Below, piece by piece: positions 56,751-64,000 of a stretch of DNA of 64,000 nt. The stretch lies in NCBI RefSeq assembly GCF_009914755.1, contig NC_060939.1; one strand, given 5' to 3'. The translations under genes and the position numbers were made by a program. The notes under the pieces are model-generated. The model searched no databases, was not told the origin of the DNA, and worked only from the letters and a program-made list of their open reading frames with translations. The DNA is from the human T2T-CHM13v2.0 reference genome, Homo sapiens. The number at the start of each line of letters is the position of its first letter. Position 1 is the stretch's first letter.

Positions 56751-59700
56751 TTGAGTCCATTCAATTCCATTCCTTTCGTTTCCATTCCATTTGATGCCAT
56801 TCCATTCAATTCTGTTCTACTCGACTCCAATACATTCAATTCCATTCCATCCGATTCCATTACATTCTTTTCATTTCTTATCCATTTCAAGCCATTCCAC
56901 TCCATTCCATTCCACTCGTTTCCTTTCCATTCGAGTCCATTCCTCTCCAGTCCATTCCGTTCAATCCATTCCATTCCAGTCCATTCCATTCGAGTCCGTT
57001 CCATTCCAGTCCATTCCATTCGAGTCAATTCCATCCCATTCGATGTCTTTCCATAACGATCCATTCCATTCTATTCCTTTCGATTCCATTCCATTCTATT
57101 TCATTCCATTCGATTCCCTTCCATTGGACTCCTTTCCATTCGAGTGCATTCCATTCCGTTCCATTTCTTTCCGTTCTGTACGATTCCTACCGTTCGATTT
57201 CGTTTTCTTCCAGTCCATTCCTTTCGCGTCCATTCCATTCCATTTCACTCCATTCGATTCCATTCCACTCGATTCCACTTCGTTCCATTTCATTGCATTC
57301 CATTCTATTCAACTCTATTGCCTTCCATTCCATTCCATTCGATTACATTCCATGCGATTCCATTCGAAATCGAATCAATTACATTGCAATCCATTACTAT
57401 TGAGTCCGTTTTATTCCAGTCCACTGCATTCTGGTCCATTCCATTTGATTCCATTCCATTCTATTCCATTCCATACAGTTGCATTCCATTGGATTCCATG
57501 CTATATCTATAAATTCAATTCGAGACCATTGCTTTTGAGTCCATTCTATATGATTCCATTCCATTCAAGTCCATTACATTTGGTTCAATTCCATTCCATT
57601 CCATTCCCTTCCATTCCATTCCAGTTGATATCAATCCATTCGATTCCATTCCATTCGAGCACATTCCATTCGAGTCCATTCCATTCGATGCCATTCCATT
57701 TGATTCTATTCCATTAGTCTCCATTCAATTCCATTAATCTCCATTCCATTCCATTCTACTCCAACTGATTCCATTCCATTCTATTCCTTTCCATTCCATT
57801 TCATTCCATTCCATTCCATTTCATTCCATTCCATTCCATTCGCTTCCATTCCATTCGTGTCCATTCCACTCCAGTCCATTCCATTCGTGTCCATTCCATT
57901 CCAGTCCATTCCATTTGTGTCCACTGCATTCCATTCCACTCCATTCCATATTATTCCATTACACTCCATTCCATTCTATTACTTTCTTTTCCATTCAATT
58001 CCATTCCATTTGATTCCATTCCACTCGGTTTCATTCCATTTGAGTCCACTCCATTCCATTCCATTCCATTCCATTCAGTTCCATTCCATTCTGTTCCATT
58101 CCATTCCGTTCCATTGCATTCCATTCCATTCGGTAACATTCCATATTGTTCCATTCGATTCCATTCGAATCCATTCCATTCCAGTCCATTCCATTCGATT
58201 CCATTCCATTCCTTTCAATTCCATTCCATTCCATTCCATTCCACTTGATTCCACTCCATTCCCTTCCACTGCATTCCATTCGATTCCATTCCATTGCATT
58301 GCATTCCATTCCATTGGACTGCATTCCATTCGATTCCATTCCATTCGAATCAATTACATAGCAATCCATTACATTCGAGTCTATTCTATTCCGTTCCATT
58401 CGATTTCGTTCCAATCCATTCGATTCCATTCCATTCGATTCCATTCCATACTATTGCATTCCATTCGATTACATTATATTCGAATAAGTTCCATTCAAGA
58501 CCATTTCTTTTGAGTCCATTCTATTTGAGTCCATTCCCTTTGATTCCATAACATTTGAGTCCATTCAATTCCATTCCTTTCGTTTCCATTCCATTTGATG
58601 CCATTCCATTCAATTCTGTTCTACTCGACTCCAATACATTCAATTCCATTCCATCCGATTCCATTACATTCTTTTCATTTCTTATCCATTTCAAGCCATT
58701 CCACTCCATTCCATTCCACTCGTTTCCTTTCCATTCGAGTCCATTCCTCTCCAGTCCATTCCGTTCAATCCATTCCATTCCAGTCCATTCCATTCGAGTC
58801 CGTTCCATTCCAGTCCATTCCATTCGAGTCAATTCCATCCCATTCGATGTCTTTCCATAACGATCCATTCCATTCTATTCCTTTCGATTCCATTCCATTC
58901 TATTTCATTCCATTCGATTCCCTTCCATTGGACTCCTTTCCATTCGAGTGCATTCCATTCCGTTCCATTTCTTTCCGTTCTGTACGATTCCTACCGTTCG
59001 ATTTCATTTTGTTCCAGTCCATTCCTTTCGCGTCCATTCCATTCCATTTCACTCCATTCGATTCCATTCCACTCGATTCCACTTCGTTCCATTTCATTGC
59101 ATTCCATTCTATTCAACTCTATTGCCTTCCATTCCATTCCATTCGATTACATTCCATGCGATTCCATTCGAAATCGAATCAATTACATTGCAATCCATTA
59201 CTATTGAGTCCGTTTTATTCCAGTCCACTGCATTCTGGTCCATTCCATTTGATTCCATTCCATTCTATTCCATTCCATACAGTTGCATTCCATTGGATTC
59301 CATGCTATATCTATAAATTCTATTCGAGACCATTGCTTTTGAGTCCATTCTATATGATTCCATTCCATTCAAGTCCATTACATTTGGTTCAATTCCATTC
59401 CATTCCATTCCCTTCCATTCCATTCCAGTTGATATCAATCCATTCGATTCCATTCCATTCGAGCACATTCCATTCGAGTCCATTCCATTCCATGCCATTC
59501 CATTTGATTCTATTCCATTAGTCTCCATTCAATTCCATTAATCTCCATTCCATTCCATTCTACTCCAACTGATTCCATTCCATTCTATTCCTTTCCATTC
59601 CATTTCATTCCATTCCATTCCATTTCATTCCATTACATTCCATTAGCTTCCATTCCATTCGTGTCCATTCCACTCCAGTCCATTCCATTCGTGTCCATTC

Positions 59701-62700
59701 CATTCCAGTCCATTCCATTTGTGTCCACTGCATTCCATTACACTCCATTCCATATTATTCCATTACACTCCATTCCATTCTATTACTTTCATTTCCATTC
59801 AATTCCATTTCATTTGATTCCATTCCACTCGGTTTCATTCCATTTGAGTCCACTCCATTCCTTTCCATTCCATTCCATTCAGTTCCATTCCATTCTGTTC
59901 CATTCCATTCCGTTCCATTGCATTCCATTCCATTCGGTAACATTCCATATTGTTCCATTCGATTCCATTCGAATCCATTCCATTCCAGTCCATTCCATTC
60001 GATTCCATTCCATTCCTTTCAATTCCATTCCATTCCATTCCATTCCACTTGATTCCACTCCATTCCCTTCCACTGCATTCCATTCGATTCCATTCCATTG
60101 CATTGCATTCCATTCCATTGGACTGCATTCCATTCGATTCCATTCCATTCGAATCAATTACATAGCAATCCATTACATTCGAGTCTATTCTATTCCGTTC
60201 CATTCGATTTCGTTCCAATCCATTCGATTCCATTCCATTCGATTCCATTCCATACTATTGCATTCCATTCTATTACATTATATTCGAATAAGTTCCATTC
60301 AAGACCATGTCTTTTGAGTCCATTCTATTTGAGTCCATTCCCTTTGATTCCATAACATTTGAGTACATTCAATTCCATTCCTTTCGTTTCCATTCCATTT
60401 GATGCCATTCCATTCAATTCTGTTCTACTCGACTCCAATACATTCAATTCCATTCCATCCGATTCCATTACATTCTTTTCATTCCTTATTCATTTCAAGC
60501 CATTCCACTCCATTCCATTCCACTCGTTTCCTTTCCTTTCGAGTCCATTCCTCTCCAGTCCATTCCGTTCAATCCATTCCATTCCAGTCCATTCCATTCG
60601 AGTCCGTTCCATTCCAGTCCATTCCATTCGAGTCAATTCCATCCCATTCGATGTCTTTCCATAACGATCCATTCCATTCTATTCCTTTCGATTCCATTCC
60701 ATTCTATATCATTCCATTCGATTCCCTTCCATTGGACTCCTTTCCATTCGAGTGCATTCCATTCCGTTCCATTTCTTTCCGTTCTGTACGATTCCTACCG
60801 TTCGATTTCATTTTGTTCCAGTCCATTCCTTTCGCGTCCATTCCATTCCATTTCACTCCATTCGATTCCATTCCACTCGATTCCACTTCGTTCCATTTCA
60901 TTGCATTCCATTCTATTCAACTCTATTGCCTTCCATTATATTCCATTCGATTACATTCCATGCGATTCCATTCGAAATCGAATCAATTACATTGCAATCC
61001 ATTACTATTGAGTCCGTTTTATTCCAGTCCACTGCATTCTGGTCCATTCCATTTGATTCCATTCCATTTTATTCCATTCCATACAGTTGCATTCCATTGG
61101 ATTCCATGCTATATCTATAAATTCAATTCGAGACCATTGCTTTTGAGTCCATTCTATATGTTTCCATTCCATTCAAGTCCATTACATTTGGTTCAATTCC
61201 ATTCCATTCCATTCCCTTCCATTCCATTCCAGTTGATATCAATCCATTCGATTCCATTCCATTCGAGCACATTCCATTCGAGTCCATTCCATTCGATGCC
61301 ATTCCATTTGATTCTATTCCATTAGTCTCCATTCAATTCCATTAATCTCCATTCCATTCCATTCTACTCCAACTGATTCCATTCCATTCTATTCCTTTCC
61401 ATTCCATTTCATTCCATTCCATTCCATTTCATTCCAATCCATTCCATTCGCTTCCATTCCATTCGTGTCCATTCCACTCCAGTCCATTCCATTTGTGTCC
61501 ACTGCATTCCATTCCACTCCATTCCATATTATTCCATTACACTCCATTCCATTCTATTACTTTCATTTCCATTCAATTCCATTCCATTTGATTCCATTCC
61601 ACTCGGTTTCATTCCATTTGAGTCCACTCCATTCCATTCCATTCCATTCCATTCAGTTCCATTCCATTCTGTTCCATTACATTCCATTCCATTCGGTACC
61701 ATTCCATATTGTTCCATTCGATTCCATTCGAATCCATTCCATTCCAGTCCATTCCATTCGATTCCATTCCATTCCTTTCAATTCCATTCCATTCCATTCC
61801 ACTTGATTCCACTCCATTCCCTTCCACTGCATTCCATTCGATTCCATTCCATTGCATTGCATTCCATTCCATTGGACTGCATTCCATTCGATTCCATTCC
61901 ATTCAAATCAATTACATAGCAATCCGTTACATTCTAGTCTATTCTATTCCGTTCCATTCGATTTCGTTCCAATCCATTCGATTCCATTCCATTCGATTCC
62001 ATTCCATACTATTGCATTCCATTCTTTTACATTATATTCGAATAATTTCCATTCAAGACCATTTCTTTTGAGTCCATTCTATTTGAGTCCATTCCCTTTG
62101 ATTCCATAACATTTGAGTCCATTCAATTCCATTCCTTTCGTTTGCATTCCATTTGATGCCATTCCATTCAATTCTGTTCTACTCGACTCCAATACATTCA
62201 ATTCCATTCCATCCGATTCCATTACATTCTTTTCATTTCTTATCCATTTCAAGCCATTCCACTCCATTCCATTCCACTCGTTTCCTTTCCATTCGAGTCC
62301 ATTCCTCTCCAGTCCATTCCGTTCAATCCATTCCATTCCAGTCCATTCCATTCGAGTCCGTTCCATTCCAGTCCATTCCATTCGAGTCAATTCCATTCCA
62401 TTCGATGTCTTTCCATAACGATCCATTCCATTCTATTCCTTTCGATTCCATTCCATTCTATTTCATTCCATTCGATTCCCTTCCATTGGACTCCTTTCCA
62501 TTCGAGTTCATTCCATTCCGTTCCATTTCTTTCCGTTCTGTACGATTCCTACCGTTCGATTTCATTTTGTTCCAGTCCATTCCTTTCGCGTCCATTCCAT
62601 TCCACTCCATTCGATTCCATTCCACTCGATTCCACTTCGTTCCATTTCATTGCATTCCATTCTATTCAACTCTATTGCCTTCCATTCCATTCCATTCGAT

Positions 62701-64000
62701 TACATTCCATGCGATTCCATTCGAAATCGAATCAGTTACATTGCAATCCATTACTATTGAGTCCGTTTTATTCCAGTCCACTGCATTCTGGTCCATTCCA
62801 TTTGATTCCATTCCATTTTATTCCATTCCATACAGTTGCATTCCATTGGATTCCATGCTATATCTATAAATTCAATTCGAGACCATTGATTTTGAGTCCA
62901 TTCTATATGTTTCCATTCCATTCAAGTCCATTACATTTGGTTCAATTCCATTCCATTCCATTCCCTTCCATTCCATTCCAGTTGATATCAATCCATTCGA
63001 TTCCATTCCATTCGAGCACATTCCATTCGAGTCCATTCCATTCGATGCCATTCCATTTGATTCTATTCCATTAGTCTCCATTCAATTCCATTAATCTCCA
63101 TTCCATTCCATTCTACTCCAACTGATTCCATTCCATTCTATTCCTTTCCATTCCATTTCATTCCATTCCATTCCATTTCATTCCAATCCATTCCATTCGC
63201 TTCCATTCCATTCGTGTCCATTCCACTCCAGTCCATTCCATTTGTGTCCACTGCATTCCATTCCACTCCATTCCATATTATTCCATTACACTCCATTCCA
63301 TTCTATTACTTTCATTTCCATTCAATTCCATTCCATTTGATTCCATTCCACTCGGTTTCATTCCATTTGAGTCCACTCCATTCCATTCCATTCCATTCCA
63401 TTCAGTTCCATTCCATTCCGTTCCATTGCATTCCATTCCATTCGGTACCATTCCATATTGTTCCATTCGATTCCATTCGAATCCATTCCATTCCAGTCCA
63501 TTCCATTCGATTCCATTCCATTCCTTTCAATTCCATTCCATTCCATTCCACTTGATTCCACTCCATTCCCTTCCACTGCATTCCATTCGATTCCATTCCA
63601 TTGCATTGCATTCCATTCCATTGGACTGCATTCCATTCGATTCCATTCCATTCAAATCAATTACATAGCAATCCATTACATTCTAGTCTATTCTATTCCG
63701 TTCCATTCGATTTCGTTCCAATCCATTCGATTCCATTCCATTCGATTCCATTCCATACTATTGCATTCCATTCTATTACATTATATTCGAATAATTTCCA
63801 TTCAAGACCATTTCTTTTGAGTCCATTCTATTTGAGTCCATTCCCTTTGATTCCATAACATTTGAGTCCATTCAATTCCATTCCTTTCGTTTGCATTCCA
63901 TTTGATGCCATTCCATTCAATTCTGTTCTACTCGACTCCAATACATTCAATTCCATTCCATCCGATTCCATTACATTCTTTTCATTTCTTATCCATTTCA

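Larger units (their letters stand above)
1..64000 (+). repeat. Human satellite 3 (HSat3 / classical satellite III) tandem array, (CATTC)n on the + strand
   Basis: Diverged CATTC pentamers (cattc, cattcgattc, cagtc, cattg) run from base 1 to 64000 with no unique sequence and no strand switch. Long perfect (CATTC)n runs, e.g. ~34356-34397, fit HSat3 better than HSat2. Confidence 0.98.
1..64000 (+). repeat. 1.8-kb KpnI HSat3 family, probably chromosome 15p D15Z1 (HSat3A5 subfamily)
   Basis: Period is ~1.8 kb. One GGTACC per unit (e.g. 1210, 2999, 54519, 61695) and one GATC per unit ('aacgatccatt'). D15Z1 is known as a 1.8-kb KpnI satellite III repeat. Assignment is from recognition only; no alignment was run. 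Confidence 0.75.

Noticed and set aside
1-64000. CRISPR-like or retroelement/LTR interpretation of the regular repeats
   Set aside because: There are no unique spacers, cas genes, terminal repeats, poly(A) tails or target-site duplications. No Alu or L1 insertion is visible.
1-64000. HSat2 (chr1 1.77-kb EcoRI unit) or Y-chromosome DYZ1 (~3.6 kb) identity
   Set aside because: HSat2-type 'gatgat' motifs are lacking, EcoRI sites are only sporadic (18502, 47829, 49103), and the basic period is 1.8 kb with a KpnI site.

Overview
The whole 64 kb window is one uninterrupted, single-orientation array of human satellite 3 (HSat3; diverged CATTC/GGAAT pentamers with frequent CATTCGATTC variants). It is organised as about 36 tandem copies of a ~1.8 kb unit. 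Using the recurring 'ttgagtccattcaattcc' landmark, 35 complete units lie between 1633 and 63861, mostly 1794-1804 bp (range 1094-1904 bp). Each intact unit has one KpnI site (GGTACC) and one GATC site. That matches the classical 1.8-kb KpnI satellite III of chromosome 15p (D15Z1, HSat3A5 subfamily), but the chromosome assignment is inferred. I see no genes, RNA genes, transposon insertions, CRISPR arrays or inversions, and every listed ORF is an artefact of a stop-poor pentamer. I found no new gene-based biological system. What is interesting is structural: the unit looks like an ancient ~0.9 kb dimer; two unit subtypes occur in blocks; there are nested 2-, 3- and 5-unit duplications and an emerging ~3.6 kb dimeric higher-order repeat at ~31-46 kb; one unit has a 665-bp deletion and another a 70-bp tandem duplication; three adjacent units have lost the KpnI site; and private variants are shared between units 20-60 kb apart.
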